Below, piece after piece: positions 23,345 to 37,873 of a DNA stretch of 53,746 nucleotides. Each line of letters begins with the position of its first letter. Position 1 is the first letter of the stretch. The notes under the pieces were generated by a model. The model was not told the origin of the DNA. It saw only the letters and a program-made list of their open reading frames with translations, and made no database searches. This stretch comes from Nemertoderma westbladi (Eukaryota > Animalia > Xenacoelomorpha): positions 1 through 53,746 of the forward strand of contig JAUCBJ010007871.1 of the NCBI GenBank assembly GCA_032718475.1. The letters are read 5' to 3'. Position numbers and translations under genes: made by a program.

Positions 23345-23772
23345 TATTGACAAGAATATAAATTCACTGTGAAGGAGGCTGGGCATGGGCATTGCCCAGT
23401 GGGCATGTGGGCAACCCGTTACTTTGTTGTATCTAACTGTTTTTGGTAATAGTATTTTGTTTAAATACAGTGCTGTTATATCAAAATATCATTACAGGCT
23501 TTATTTGGTTCAATAAGAAATGCCACATTTTAATGTGGATAACAACTGACTTTATAACTAGTATATTCAAATATAACAATAGAGTAATGAGATGGAATGT
23601 TAACTAATGCCGATAATAGAGGTACTTTTCCAACCAACACTTTAGACAATATATAAAATACCTTTTCAGTTCTGCATCCGCAAAATTTCCGTAAGTTCCG
23701 TAAAATTACGTTTCACAGGAAAAGCCAATAGCATCAGACTTCAAACCTGGAGGTCACCAGTTCGATCCCACC

Positions 23773-24942
23773 TGTTCGCGCTTTTAGACCTTTAGCAGTT
23801 TAACCTGCCAAATTTAGGTGTCTTCTAGGTTATAAATCGACTTTAGCCTATAACAAGTATTTGATACACATAAGTTACATTAGCCGAAGCCAGCCTATGC
23901 GCGATCATTCACCCACGGTTAAGGGAGACTGGATTCGGATGCTCTGACCTTATTGCGGTGTAGGCCTACTGTACTATTCGATTGATCGTTAATATATAAT
24001 CTCTGACAAATATTATTCACTTTCGGGAAATATTAACAGTTCCTTTAGGACGTGGCGCTCTAAGTATGTAAACAGAGTTATGACTTACACTAAACACAAC
24101 AGGATGGCTAATGATCTTCGTATAAAGCGCATTCTTTAGGAAATGCTTTGTTATCTGTCACACTCATGCACACTACCTCACACTGCTGCACACTGATCTG
24201 CCGACCTTCACTAAATTTGATCATATATAAGGAGAACAGCAAATGACACATGTAGGGTCTATGAAATAGCATTCAATTCACTCCAAAACCACTATAATGT
24301 AAGTCGCAATTGCTATATGTAACCGGTCTCTCTAACCTTGAGTATATCAAGAAGATTGGGGTTTTATGATTATTCCTCGATATTCTCCAAATATAACAAC
24401 ATATCAATCAACTTCTAACAATTAATAACCGACAGTAAATAGCAGTAAAATAATGCGGTGAAAGGTATGTATAGCATTTGAGTCTGACCAGTTCGATAAC
24501 AGTTATACGTTTCTATGATCAAAGCCGTTCTAATGTTTTGGCTAAAGTCTGAAACACAGAATAATTCCACAGCCGATGTTCTGGGCTCAGGAAAAAAGGT
24601 AAACAAAGACCATAATGCATTGCGCGATTTCCCGGAGGCTTCTGTGCAAATAAAATGAAAATCGCTCTGATTGGTCGAGCCGAACAAAGAACAAAGAAAA
24701 GCTATACGTGGACATATCAGCTGATAGATGTCGTCATCTGAACTACACTGTATCAAGAGTATTTTGGCGTATTGCGGCATAAAATCGCTAGTTATGTCCG
24801 CTAAAGTACACATACAGAAAAATGGCTTTTTATGTCCAATAAAACACCTACACAGTAAGAAAACGGCTTTTTATGTCCGTTAAAACACCTAAAGAGTACT
24901 TTGCGGGGAAAATGACTAGCTAGATCCGTAAAAGCTTTTACA
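23773..24942 (-). repeat. 3' LTR of BEL copy 2
   Basis: Same length as 37874-39043; about 16 substitutions by manual count. Confidence 0.97.
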
Positions 24943-24950
24943 CCGCTCCC
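24943..24950 (-). promoter_or_regulatory. Short polypurine tract (GGGAGCGG) abutting the 3' LTR
   Basis: Minus strand CTGGGAGCGG|TGTAAAAG at the expected PPT position. Confidence 0.65.
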
Positions 24951-25020
24951 AGAAAATGGGATTTAATTCTATAAAATATAAAAAATCACAGTTTCTAAAA
25001 TATAAAAATACTTTAAACAG

Positions 25021-26570
25021 TTAGTCTTTCTTGCGCGGACGGCGTTTACGCAGTTTTTTGAGGCTAGCAAGAGTCCTTTTCTCTTTGGGGGGAGCCACTT
25101 TACTAGGAGGGATATAACTCCTAGGTGAAGGGTACAATACAATTGCATCGGAAGGTTTAGGATTATGGTCGCTGTATCCGCCGGTCGAGGTACCTGGTTG
25201 ATCGATATCAACCTCAGTGGAGCGAGGTCGAACAACCTTGAGAGCGCATTTTAAGACAGCAGCTGTTATTGGTCCCTGACGGGTCGTTTGCACATAAGCG
25301 GTAGGTAGACCGTGTGTAGTGAGAAATTTCCTCGGTTAGATGGTTCTTTCCAACTCGCGTTCTCGGGCTCTATCGGAATCGATATGCTTCTCCTCGAGCT
25401 GATTTTCCTCCGCTTGTCGTTGGAAGCATTCGTTTAAAACTCTTTTAGAGAGTAGGGTCACTCAAGTTCGATATCTTCTTAGAGATTCTGGATTTCCTGA
25501 TCGAACTGAGATAAAGCTAATTCGTTTACTGCTTGGACTTGCTGCTGCAATTTACGTTTCTCTAAACAATTGTAGGTTCCCTTTCTGATCTTTTGACGAA
25601 TAGTGTCCAACGCGTTTCATACAACTCTCTCCTCCTCCTCGGTGACAGGTTGTATCGGGTTAAACCGGGACGATGATACGATTGAATGGCGATATTAGAT
25701 GTCCGCGTCCCAATCCGGCTAGGTGAGATGGGCGAATATCTAGGGAGCCCACAACCGGAGTGCCACCGACTAACTGTTCGGGTAACACTAGATCTTTGAA
25801 CAGTGAGTACAGTTCGGGAGGATCCGTGATACTATTAGGATCAAGAGTCTGAGGTCTCACTAGGAAGTGAGGAGGTCTGTCCGAGTATTCCGGAACTCTG
25901 ATCATAGGTTTATTTAAGGATCGTTTGAATCGAACGAGCGTAGGTGATACATTGAACAAGTTTCGCTCGAAACTCCCGTAAATATAGCGAGTAAAACCGT
26001 GTTTAAAGCAACGTCTCCGCGGATGTTTGTCTTTCCGTTTGTTGGTTGGGTCTTGGGCATTCATCGCAATAATACCAAAGACGCACGTCTTGTGGGGGAA
26101 ACGCGGGTGATATTTATTCGGTTTTACAATGTTTCTCTCAAGAATTCCAAATATACGTTGGAGTTATCGCGTTTATCCGGTTCTTTAACGTATTTTCTTT
26201 CGAGTCGATTTCGAATAGAATTTTCGCATTCGATTTTCAGTTTATCGTTCCGACTCCGCTGGGTAGGATATTTAAATAGTACCATTTCCCTTTCATTGTC
26301 GACATAGTCCGTATCGTGTAAATCGATAGGATGGCCAGTAGTTAAGAAGTCCATATACGTACCATTACGATGCGTATAGCGAGCGGTGAATTTTCTATAG
26401 TCCAATTCATGCGTGAGCTGTTCCTTTGACATTGGCGGTTCGATATAACGACCATCGTCCTCCGTAGTAGGTTGACTAGCGTCGCCGCTTATCAAACTAT
26501 CAACAAACGCTTGTAGTGGTAGGGTATATCGCTCCCTGATACCAAGATCATCTTCTATCAACTCAGTCAT
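25021..26570 (-). pseudogene. Decayed extra ORF in the env position of BEL copy 2 (roughly 500 aa if repaired), unknown function
   Basis: Same-strand ORF pieces 26570-26124, 26064-25660 and 25293-25021 in a GC-richer block between AT-rich UTR and PPT; ends in a basic tail KKLRKRRPRKKD. Confidence 0.6.
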
Positions 26571-28275
26571 AGCTGCTATATGAGTTTATCAATATTATAA
26601 TAAGTTTATGATTAGGCTAGCGGGTGTCGCTGCCTACCCCTCACGGCCCCCGGACAGCGCAAGATCCTCAGCGCCGATGTACTTTTGCCGATGTGCCTAT
26701 CGCCAACATAGTAGCTGCACAACAACCACAACAACCAGCGCGAGTCACTCCACTGTCCGTCCCAAGGGCTAAGATTTACTTCAGGTTATTACTGCAGAGT
26801 TAGGGCTACTTTCACAATTGCGACTCGCTACTGTAACACACTTTAGTAGTAACATTCACCTATAAACGCACAAATTCCACACAACTGTCACAAACCGCAC
26901 ACATTCGGGCCATTTGTCCGTTAGTCAAGTGCCTTCCAGAATGCCACGTTATTATTGGGTATCCTTGGATACTAGCAGTGTGCTATTTATTCCTTATGCT
27001 ATTCAATGGGGCAAGCTTTATTGTTCTTTTAACTCACTTCTAATTCTAGCGTGGTTGTTGCCATGGTGACATTATGGAAAGCTAGCAGTAGAATTAGGGT
27101 AATTCTCATGCATACAGATCTGGGATGCTATTTAATAGTAATTCTTTAATTGTCAATATTCCTCTTTATACATGATTTTATGAATTTTATCGGCTATTGA
27201 CTATATATTGGAGATTCTCGCACACTAATATACTTAATAGGGTGAATCTCCGCTCCCATGATCTATTAATTAATGGAATTTTGGGAATGTTATAAATTGT
27301 ATAAAAATGACAATTTATCAAATTCATTAAAAGAGATGAATTTAAATTTATTCCCATAAATTTTATTATTTAATATTAAAATAGACACAATTTTATTCCA
27401 GAACATGTCTGGGGACTGGGATCCTTGATTCTAGGAAATTTGTCTTTTTAAGAGTATCGGTAAGTGCTACGATATCTTAATAGACTAGAATTTTAAAGGA
27501 TCTAAAATTTTACAGATTTTAATTTATAGATTTTCTAGAGTTAACTTGTAAGTAGTTACTCTATTGTATTTATTTGACAGATTTTACAAATATTAATAGT
27601 TAATATTTAAGATGGGCACCGGTTTATTCCAGAACATGTCTGCGGACGTTAACCACTGATTCTAGAATTTTGTCTTTCAAGTATATCGGTGGGTGCCGCG
27701 ATATCTTAATCGACTAGAATTACAGATGGTCAAAGGGTTTAACAGATTTATTTTGCATTTTACGCTACTGTTAAAGGGACATCACGCTACTATATGTATT
27801 ATTTAATATACGGTATGAGAGCAATATCGCAAGAAGCAATGTCAGTGAGAAGAGGCAAGTCGTTTCCAAGGTCTACCCAGAGCTTGGTTTAGCCGAGACA
27901 CGAGGATCTGAATTTTGCATTCCTAATACTCTACTTACCAATAATACTTGAATATAGTAGGAGCTTTATTGTACTTTAATAAGTACGGATATTTCATCTT
28001 ACTGTAGTCACGTATTTATAATATGATACGGACAGTAAGGAAAGAGAAAAAGAATTATTTCTCGCCGTCGCACTAAATATATAATATATAAGTAATTAAG
28101 TAATAAACACTAATATATATTGCACTAATCTACTAGATAATCGCTAAAATAACATTCTACTAAATAAAATTAAAGAAAGCGAATATAATAAAATTACATA
28201 ACGATACATACCTAAATATAAAAATAAAAAAGACAGATATAAAATAATATAGTCACACACCCACTCCAGACGCTG

Positions 28276-31200
28276 TCACGTTGGGGAGTCCCTAGATGTT
28301 TGTTGGATTAGGGAGGTGGTCGTGGGAAGAGTTTCTTGCCTTCCATAGTTTCCGGAGAGTTCTCTGTCTCTTTCCAGTAAACATAAACGACCAACTGGGC
28401 GATTGAGCTGCTGTGTCTCGAAGACAATTCCCGGTTTCTTAAAGTTACGTCGCATGACGACGAGTTCTACCGATCGCACCAAACCATCATCCGAGATATG
28501 AGTCTCGATGATACGACCTGTCTGCCACCGCTTACGTGGAAGATCTAAGTCCACAATAAGGACCATGTCTCCGGCGCTGACGTTTTCTTGCTGCGCGAAC
28601 CACTTAGTTCGAAGTTGTAGCGTAGGCAGATAATGTTTTTCGAAATGGTCAGCGAAACGACGGGATAACAACTGCATAAGTTGCCAAGTTTGCCGGCAGT
28701 ATTCGTCTCCGTCCGTGATTTCCGATCGTGGGAGCATGGCTACAGGTTTCTTCAGTAGGAAGTGCGCGGGTGTTAGCGCTTCCAGGGAATCGGGACTCGA
28801 TGAGACTGGCATAAGCGGTCTCTCATTGAGATAGGCGGCGATTTCCTCCATTAACGTCCGCAAAAGTTCGTCGGTGAGATACGCGCGGCACGGCACTATA
28901 AAGTGAAATGCGGTCTTCACGCTCCTGATTAATCTCTCCCAACTTCCTCCCCACCAAGGGGCGTCGGCGGCGTTGAAGGTCCAGCTAGACGCTGTTACCC
29001 ATAGCTGATCGTCCACCTGTCTTTGGTTCCAATCTTTGACGTAAGCCTTGATTTCATTGTTGGCACCAATGAAGTTCGTTCCCTTATCAGATCTCATCGT
29101 GTTACTAGTTCCAAAGCGAGCGATCTGTCGGCGTAAGCTCAATATGAAGCTATTGGTAGATAAATCGTTCACCATATCGAGATGGATAGCTCTACAAGTC
29201 ATACAGACAAAGATGACACACCATCTCTTGACTATAGTCCTAGCACGATATACTTCAATAGGGCCAAATAAATCCACCCCGGTATTAGTAAAGGGTGGTT
29301 CATAGAAGCTTACTCGTTCCCTAGGTAATTCTGCCTCTCGCTGTGTTAAAGGCCTACTGAATGCTTTCCTACAGGGTATGTAGTTCCTAAGAACTTGGTT
29401 CAGAGCTCTACGGGGTTTATGAAAATAATAGCGAGTTCGAATTTCGCTAAGAACTCGTTCTCTACCAGCATGATAAAGCTTACTGTGAACATCTACAATC
29501 ATCTTGATTTGTATTTCAAGATTTCTAATGAGTATGGGAAACTTAGTGTCAAAGGATAATGGAGCATTAGTTAGTCTCCCTCCAACACGTATTAACCCAT
29601 CTATCATTGTGCTAGAGAAACGATCCCTTAAGCGCATCTGTGGATTTCTCAACAACAGGAAATACTTATCGGAATCCTCATAGCATTACAGGAGTCTCAG
29701 TATCTGCTTATTGGTTTCTTCATGCTCCTGGTAACTGATCTTCTCCTTCAGAAACCTGTCGGATATCTTGTATTTGGGAAGATCTTTAACAACATGGACC
29801 TGCGCAGATGTCAGTGGAGCGGTATCACTAGTGGTCTTCGTCCTGGAGTAGTGATGATGAAAACATCGCTTTAAATATGTAACGGCCTTACAGAGCCGAT
29901 TCCAGGAACTATAGTGATGTATCGCTCTCTGCAGGAGAGGTGAGAGTCCTTGCGAGACGTCTGGTATTCCAGATTTCCAATCTCTCTCTCTGATTTCCAC
30001 AACAGACTTATTTGTGGCTGTGGGTTTCGGATCCAAAGCGTCGTCTCCGGAAGTGTGTAGTACAGACAGATCTACCACGGGTTTAAATAACTTCGATTTA
30101 CTCGCCCGAGTTTTAGGTTTGACTTTCTCCGCTCCCTTGGCCTGTCTAATCTCCGCCATAGTAAGATGAGGAGGCCATTCATCCTCTTCTTTGCTTAGGA
30201 AGTCGGGTCCACCTAACCAGTCTGGAGTATCTATCAGTTCTTGTGGAGTTGCTCCCCTGGAGGCGATGTCGGCTGGATTAATCGTTCCGGGGCAATGTCT
30301 CCATTGATCTATCTTCGTGCGACTAAGTATAATGGCTACTCTGTTGGTAACGAAGACGCTGAACTGACAGACTTCATTGGTTATATACTCCAACACGAGT
30401 AAAGCATCGGTCCAATAGACAGTTTTCTCCAGTGGATAGACGATCTGTTCTGTTACATTCCGGCCGATGGCTGTAGCGTATAGAACCGCTTTTAACTCCG
30501 CTCGAGGAACTTTCAACTTATTATTTATCAAGGCCTTAGAGGTAACCAAGGCAACCTTGATTCCATCCGGAGTTTCAACTCTCAGGTAGGCTACTATACC
30601 TATTCCCATATCGCTGGCGTCTCCAAACACATGGAGTTGATAGGAATACGTAGGGAGAACATGACCAAAATATGAACGGGAAATTATAAAGTTCTCGATG
30701 GACGGTAGAGAATCTTCCCATTTCATCCACTTCTTTAATAGTTCTCCCTTAAGTGGATCGTCCCATGAGTGGTTTTCAAGCCACATGTTGTACTAAACTC
30801 CGAGCAATCAATATAACTGGGCTAATAAATCCCAATGGATCGAAATAAGTGCTCAGGATACTTAAACAAATCCGTTTAGTCCGAACTGGATTATCTCGCT
30901 GTTTTAGCTGGAAAAACAGGATATCTCTCTCCATGTCCCATTTCAAACCAAGCGTCTTGGTTTCTGGAAGATCGTCCTTGATTAGATCTAGATCTTTAAC
31001 TCCTCGGTCTTCTACCGGGATCGATTCCAGAAACTCACGGGAGTTGCTGGTGAATTTAGTTAATCGAAATCCACCTCTTTTCAAGCACTCTACCATTCCT
31101 TTGGCGACATCAATGGCTTCTTCCACCGATGGGAGGGACTTTAAATTGTCGTCCATGTATATATCCCGTTTGATGTTGTCAATAACCTCTTTGGAGAAGG

Positions 31201-34200
31201 CGTCCCGGTTGTCATCAGCAGTGGTACGAACTACTGAGCAGGTGTTTGAAGGGCTCGAGATGATCCCAAAAGCCTGGATGGTCATCCAGTACTCCACCGG
31301 TTTCTGGTTGAAGTCTCCTTCAGGCCACCACAGAAATCGTAGGCTGTCTCGATCTCTATCTAGCGCCTTAACTTGTAAGAACATGCCTTCTATATCGGAG
31401 GCGAAAGCGATCGAATATTGTCGTAATCTTAAGAGTATTCCCAACAAGGATTGTAGTAAGTTGGGTCCTGGCAACAACTCGGAGTTAAGGGATTGGCCCA
31501 TGTAGAGGGCGGAGCCGTCAAATACTACCCGGACTTCGTTGGGTTTACCGGGTTTGGGAACGTAATGGTGTGTTAAATAGTACGTTCTCTCAGTTATGGG
31601 TGTTCCTTCCGGTACTCGCTCCGCATATCCCTTGTCAATGAATTTCTTCAGCTGGGTCTTGTACATCTCCTTAGCTGAAGCATTTGCCGTAAGGCGTCGA
31701 TGTAGTTGCGCAATTCTCTTCTCCGCCAAGGGTCGGTTGTTGATAAAATTGGGTTCTCGCCGTCGGAAGGGCAGACCAATCTCATATCTACCTTGATCTT
31801 TAAGAAAACGTGTAGTCGTTTCTTGTATCTGCTTGGCTCTTTCTTCTTCTACTGATAGGGCCTTATCGTAGGAATTGGGCTCTACAGCCTCTTGAGTAAA
31901 GAATCGTACGGCGTGTTCATCCTGAGTCATCGCGTTGTAGCGATCTATCACTTCATTCAGTTCGTCGTTATAGTCGACTTGTCCTGCTGGATGAATGAGG
32001 TGACATAGGTTCACTTAGTTTTGCCAAGTTTCGTTTTCCGTAAGGAGGTCGATGGTATTCTCCTCGTCGAAGAGTTGGTGGATATCGTCATTATCTGAGG
32101 AGTATGGTGTTCCCTCAGTTGTGTCGTCTACCTCACTGATCTCCTCTTCCCATTCACTTACCTGGTAGACCCGTTCTTTGGGTAACCTTTCCATGAGAGT
32201 TCTACGGGAAGGGCCAGTAAAGTACCAACCTACTCTAGTTCTTCCCGTATAGGTTTGTAGTGGTTGCGGTTGAGCAGGCCGTTTCTCCAATGTCTCAAGC
32301 GCCTCATGCGCATTTTGGCCGATGAGTATTTGCACTCCAGGGTAGTCTGTATTGAATCTAGGTATCTTATGCTGCTGGGTTAAATCGTCCTCATCCCAGT
32401 TATAAGGTTCCACTTGGCTGGTAGCGAGTTCTTTATCGCCACCATTTTTACTGACCTTATGCTGTGTTCTCCTAGTTCATCCTGGGGGGTGGACAACGCG
32501 CCTACATAGTAATCTGTAGTTACTGTAGATTTCCAAACCTGCATAATTCCTGACATGTTCATTGTTCAACTTAGTTCGGAATTTGGGTTGTCCAGCAAAG
32601 ATGTCTTCAGCTAGTTCTTTGTCAATGAATGTTCCTGTGCTGCCAGAGTCAAGGAGGGCGTTCACTATATAGCTCTTGTCTGACCCGTGGACTCTCAACT
32701 GCACTACGGGAAATTCTCGGATTCCTACGTTGGAAGTTGGTGCTTTCCAAGATGGTGGTCGGTCAGGAGTAGTTAGGGGGAGCTCATTGTCGGTTTCCTT
32801 CTCATACGTAAGTGCTCGATACACTGCGGTATTTATTAGATAACAGGATTCATCTTCGTCGGAGAATTCGTCCGTATAGAATCCTTCCATCTCAGAACTT
32901 TGGTCAGTGTCGTTCACATCACTGAATTGGACATGTAGTTCGGACTCACTTACCTGACTCGGGCTGTTTCTTTCGAATTCAGTGTGCAACAAGATATAAT
33001 GTTTCGCACCGCACTTTGCACACCTTGCGTCGGAGTAACAGGTTCGCCGTTGGTGTCCTTGTCTGAGGCAATTATAACACAACCGCTTATCCCACATGAC
33101 TTCACGTCTATCTTTTAGTGACTTCTTTAAAAATTCATCACACGCACTTAAACGGTGGGGCCCGTCACACAGCGCACATTTCGGTTTGATGTTACTTACC
33201 TTACTTTAGGTAACGTTGTGCACACTCGTTCTTTCCTCGGGCTTTCTTCCGTGAATTCTCTTAGGAGACGTAGGAGGAGCTTTTCTTACCTGTTTTCTCC
33301 TGTCATTGGTTCGAGACTTAAATTTACTTACCTCTTTAGACGCTTTGTTGACATAGTAAGATCTTTCAGTGTCTTTCCCGCTGTCCTCCTCTTGAGAGGC
33401 CTGGCTTTCGCCGTCGTCTGTATAACACACTGGTGTTACCTTTCTCCTAGAAACGGGTTTCTCACTTACCTTATTTTCCGGTGTCTTCTCTCTGGACTGC
33501 TTTAGGAGCTGTAATTTTACTTCTCCATCTAAGAATGACATGAGATCAGCCATGGTAGGGTCTCGTCGTTGTTGTTCCATCATATATAACACTTTCTTAT
33601 CCCAGCGTGTACCTACTCCACCCTTTGGTAAAGTAGATGCTACGGCTCCAATAACCATAGAACTCTGATATTCATGAGACTTACCTAGCCAATCTAATTG
33701 TCTACAGATCTCCTGAATCTCATCGGAAAACTCTATAATCCCGCTGCTAATGAACTTTCGGGGCGCTACCAATTTTGTATACAAATACCTAGCTATGTTA
33801 TTCCTATTACCATACCTGATGTTTAGTGTATCCCAAACTTGTCTTAATCCATCTGGATGTCCAATAAACTTTAACGCCATTAACTTGGGAGATCCTTCCA
33901 AGCACTCGATGAGGAATCTAAGTTTCTCTCCGTTAGATAGCACAGAGTTCTGTATGTTATCTTTATAATATTCATTAAAAGGTAACCATTTCATCTCATC
34001 TCCATTGAACTTGACGATCTCTCCCACCTTTACCGCTTGACGGGCTTCGGTTCTAGCCATTTGACGCGTAAAGCTTTCTTGGGCCATCGTGTTATTTAAT
34101 ATCGAGTTATCGGTATATAAATTTCTCGGATTATGATCAGGTCTATATGGAATATCATTGTCAACAGGTTTATAATTACCCTTAATAGGGTTTACTATAG

Positions 34201-36228
34201 GAGTTTCTACTTCACTAGCAGTATAGATGCGTGTAGGCTCCACACCTTGCGCATGAAATACTTCAGACCTAACAGGTTGACACATTGTTACCGGGGTTGG
34301 TGGTATACCCCTTTGGGTATTTACTAATTTATTGCATTCTAACGCGATACTCTGCTGCACTTCTTGCAACTCTAACCTACTTTCCCTTACTGTGCCCTTG
34401 AACTGTTGAACAGTCTCCTGCATCTGCCCGAGCAGGAGATCCATCCCCCGCCGTCTCTCATCCACCCACTCGACCGCCGAAGCGGGAGCCGCCAACATAG
34501 TAGCGGGTGGACGAGGGACAACGGGCGACAAATCATTGATATTTCGCTCGGAGTCCAGGACAGGAACTGTCTCAGGGGCTGTTCTGCTGGGCACAGGTAG
34601 TTTAGTGCTGTGCAAAGAGAATTTAGAGGTAGGTTCTGGGAGTACAGGTGTCTCTATCACCGAAGGGGTGGCTTCGAGAACAGGCCTAATTATTTCAGGT
34701 TCATCTACTATAGTAGGGAGTCTTTCTACTCTAATAATTTGGTCTGTGGGTTCTGTACTACCTAAGTCTGTGCTAGCTAGTTGCCTTCTCACAGCTGGGG
34801 GCAAATCAGGCAATTTCTGACGGTGGGGCATTCTTCTACGCCTCGACGCTACGCTACGTCTAGACGAGATCTATTTCCTCCGCCTTCAGGATCTGTTGTA
34901 TTGCCTTCATCCGATGATGTAAAGCCCTGTCGCTTGGGGGTGGATCGACTTATCAGCTGCATCTGACTAGCTGTTATCTGTTTATTAAAGTTGTCTTGCT
35001 TCTCTTGAAGATTTTCCAACTCTAGTTGGGCTGTCTCTTCAGATGCCCTCCGTTCTGCTTCTGCCACTGCCGCTGCCGCTTTTCTTTCCGCTTCGGCCGC
35101 TTTTCTTTCCGCTTCTGCCGCTGCCATTGTCGCTTTCCTTTCCACTTCGGCCGCTTTTCTTTCCGCTTCTGCCGCTGCCATTGCCGCTTTTCTTTCAACT
35201 TCTGCAGCTGCCGCTGCTGCCGCCTTTTGGTCTTCTATACGTTTTTTCTTTACTTGTTCTTCTTGAACCTTAGCGATGCGGATGCTTTCATCAAGTTTAG
35301 CTTGGTTCACAGCTAGCATTTCCGCATCTATTGCGTCCAGCACAAACTTGGCTCCTTCACTACTAGGACGAAGTTCAGCCAGCCTTCTCCTCAACTCTTC
35401 GTCACCTAGAAATCGTTGATAGTCTGACAGATAGATGTCAATAGCGTCCTTCTTCTGCGGTTTCTCTGCTGTCGCTTCGCTTTCCACTTGAGAAAAGGTA
35501 GCGTCTGTTGATTCTCCGTGGGTTGAGCGCTCAGCCAGCTGAAATTTCCACTGGGCCGTTCCTTGAACCGTGAGACCCACCCGCTGGAACCAAGTCTTTA
35601 CGGCAACTTGCAATGACGTGTCTTGTCTTCTTTTCGAAGCTTCCTCAAAGGCCGATAGGATTAGTCTGATTCTTAGAATTCTTTCTAGAACTTGATAAAG
35701 CAGCTCTCCCTGCTCTTGAGGTCCTTGGGGTTGTCGAAACAGTTGTTCCTCTAATCGCTCCAAAGAGCTGAAGAATCCCTGTACATATCCTGCTGCCGAC
35801 CTCTTCCACACAGCTGGATCACTAGTATCCTTTGTCACTCCCATCCTGTATAAGTCCTCCCAGGCAGCTTCCGATAAGTTAAACGGGAGTCCGGGTCCGG
35901 GGAAGTTCCATTGCGACTCGACAATAGACTTCAGTTCCTCCCTTGTGTATCCCGCATAACTGTCCTTGATCGATCGCTTACTTCTCGCCCAATCGATTTG
36001 GTGTTCCTCCACCAAAATCAATACCCTAGTGAGTACAGCTGCAGGAAGAATGAGAAGGGGATCCGAATAAATCGCATCTGCCATCTTTGCTCCGCGCTCG
36101 GGAGTCAGCTCTACAGTATCCGAACTACTGAAGCTATCGGGCCGCTGAGAAATAAGTTCTCGGCTAGGGTGTTGCTGCTGTTTAACAGCTGCTTCTTGGT
36201 CCCGCTTGACTTGAGCCCGAGTCCCTAT
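28276..36228 (-). pseudogene. Disrupted Gag-Pol of BEL copy 2
   Basis: Fragments colinear with the 2703-aa ORF (RT YMDD, RNase H, integrase); about seven stops or frameshifts; start codon and ~480 bp lost by deletion near 36228. Confidence 0.95.
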
Positions 36229-37854
36229 AATTTATAGAAATAAATATAATAAGCCTATCGTAAATACCGGTACGTCAATTATTTTAGAATAATTGAATTT
36301 CTGAATTTTTAGGGTTACTTAGTTACTTTACTTTACTTTATTACCGTTATTTAAGCAGTAGTCCAACTGATATTAAGACCTAATTGTTGTATGACAGGCC
36401 TACTATTTTATAAATCGGTTTGAGTTGATTTATAATATATATATATACCCGTTTAATGGGTTTTTGTCAATGTTTGAAATAAATGTTATTATTTCTGGTA
36501 AGGAGTCACTACACAGAAGCTAGGCGCTCTCAGTGGAGTGCTACCTATTGTTTTGGACACTAAAACAAATAATTCTACTTGCCTAAGTTACTTATTACTA
36601 CAAATTATGTACAATTGCGGGGTGAGATTACAATCTCTAAATAAACACAAAAATTACACGTACGAATTTTTTAGGGTTAATTTTACAAGGAATCTACAAA
36701 CCAGCCTAACAAGGAGTTAAAATTTCTGGTTATTACAAACGAACAGGATACTTCGGTATTTGAAAATAATAAAGCAGTAGTAAATATATTGCGTTGTCTA
36801 GATAGGAAAAATACAACCATCTGACGACTTATAGCCGTAGCGCTATAAGTACTACGTTATGTACCCGGAGTGTTCCTACCTAGAAGTTAATTACCGCAGC
36901 CTACTATAGCTAACGTGCCTATTAACCACTTTACAACACAAATATACTGCCTACACACTAATTACTTTCGGAAAGCACTGTACACTAAACCCTAAATTAG
37001 GTACAAGTACTTATACAACAAATAACCAGCAGTTAAAAATACTTGTACAGCCAAAAGAACCACGGTATCTGCCGGAGTGACTAGAGCATAAAATCACCAG
37101 TCTTTACCTACGCCAAACAGCCCTGATGTAGTACCGGGGTTAATTTAACTATAACGGTATATATAACAAGCACAATTACTGTAGGAATAAACTTGGGGTT
37201 GTGAATGTTGCGAATAATAGCATAAACTCTGAATAATAAATATTACGCTACCCGTACAGACTACACAAACAAAATACAGACCAAACGCTGGCAGACTACT
37301 ATCAAGCGTAAATAAACTACAGTATATGCAGACTCCGAAATGGGTAGTTAGTATGCGTTCTAACTGAGTAGTACGACTTATTCTTTCGGGGGGGATTTAC
37401 CTTACAGCACTGGATGCCCCCACGTTCCTAACTAGTACTTTATCGGACATACACTCTACACATACTGCAATCTCTTCAGACTTAACAACAGCCAGACAAC
37501 AATCCAGCCTACAAATTATTTATACAATCTGAGCAGGCTTACATGCCTTCTGCTCAATATTAACTTACAGATAAATAAAACTGACAGAAATAAGTAAAAT
37601 CCCAATAAAAAACCAGGGCTGCAGTCCCTGATTAAATATCAAGACCTACCGGTATATAATTATCAAAATCGAATAATACTGATGTACCTGTACTGCTGTA
37701 AGTACCGGTTCGGGTTGTTAGGCAGTCAGGCCTACTGGTTACCGGTCGACCGGTACTTTTGCCTTTATTGCCTACTTTGCAATAAAGAAAGCAATAACTG
37801 TTATTGTTCTTACCAGAACAATAGACAACTATATTTATTGCCTACACTGCAATC

Positions 37855-37873
37855 AGAAACGTATAACTGTTAT
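37855..37873 (-). promoter_or_regulatory. Primer-binding-site position of copy 2 (19-nt complement of own LTR)
   Basis: Plus strand AGAAACGTATAACTGTTAT abuts the LTR and is the exact reverse complement of ATAACAGTTATACGTTTCT at 38597-38615. Confidence 0.8.

Noticed and set aside
23733-23768. tRNA-Sec or opal suppressor (CTTCAAA loop)
   Set aside because: No D-arm, A-box, acceptor stem or long variable arm; at most a decayed SINE or tRNA fragment.
24415-24813. 132-aa ORF inside the LTR
   Set aside because: Shorter in the 5' LTR, not conserved in the copy 1 LTR, and no coding features.
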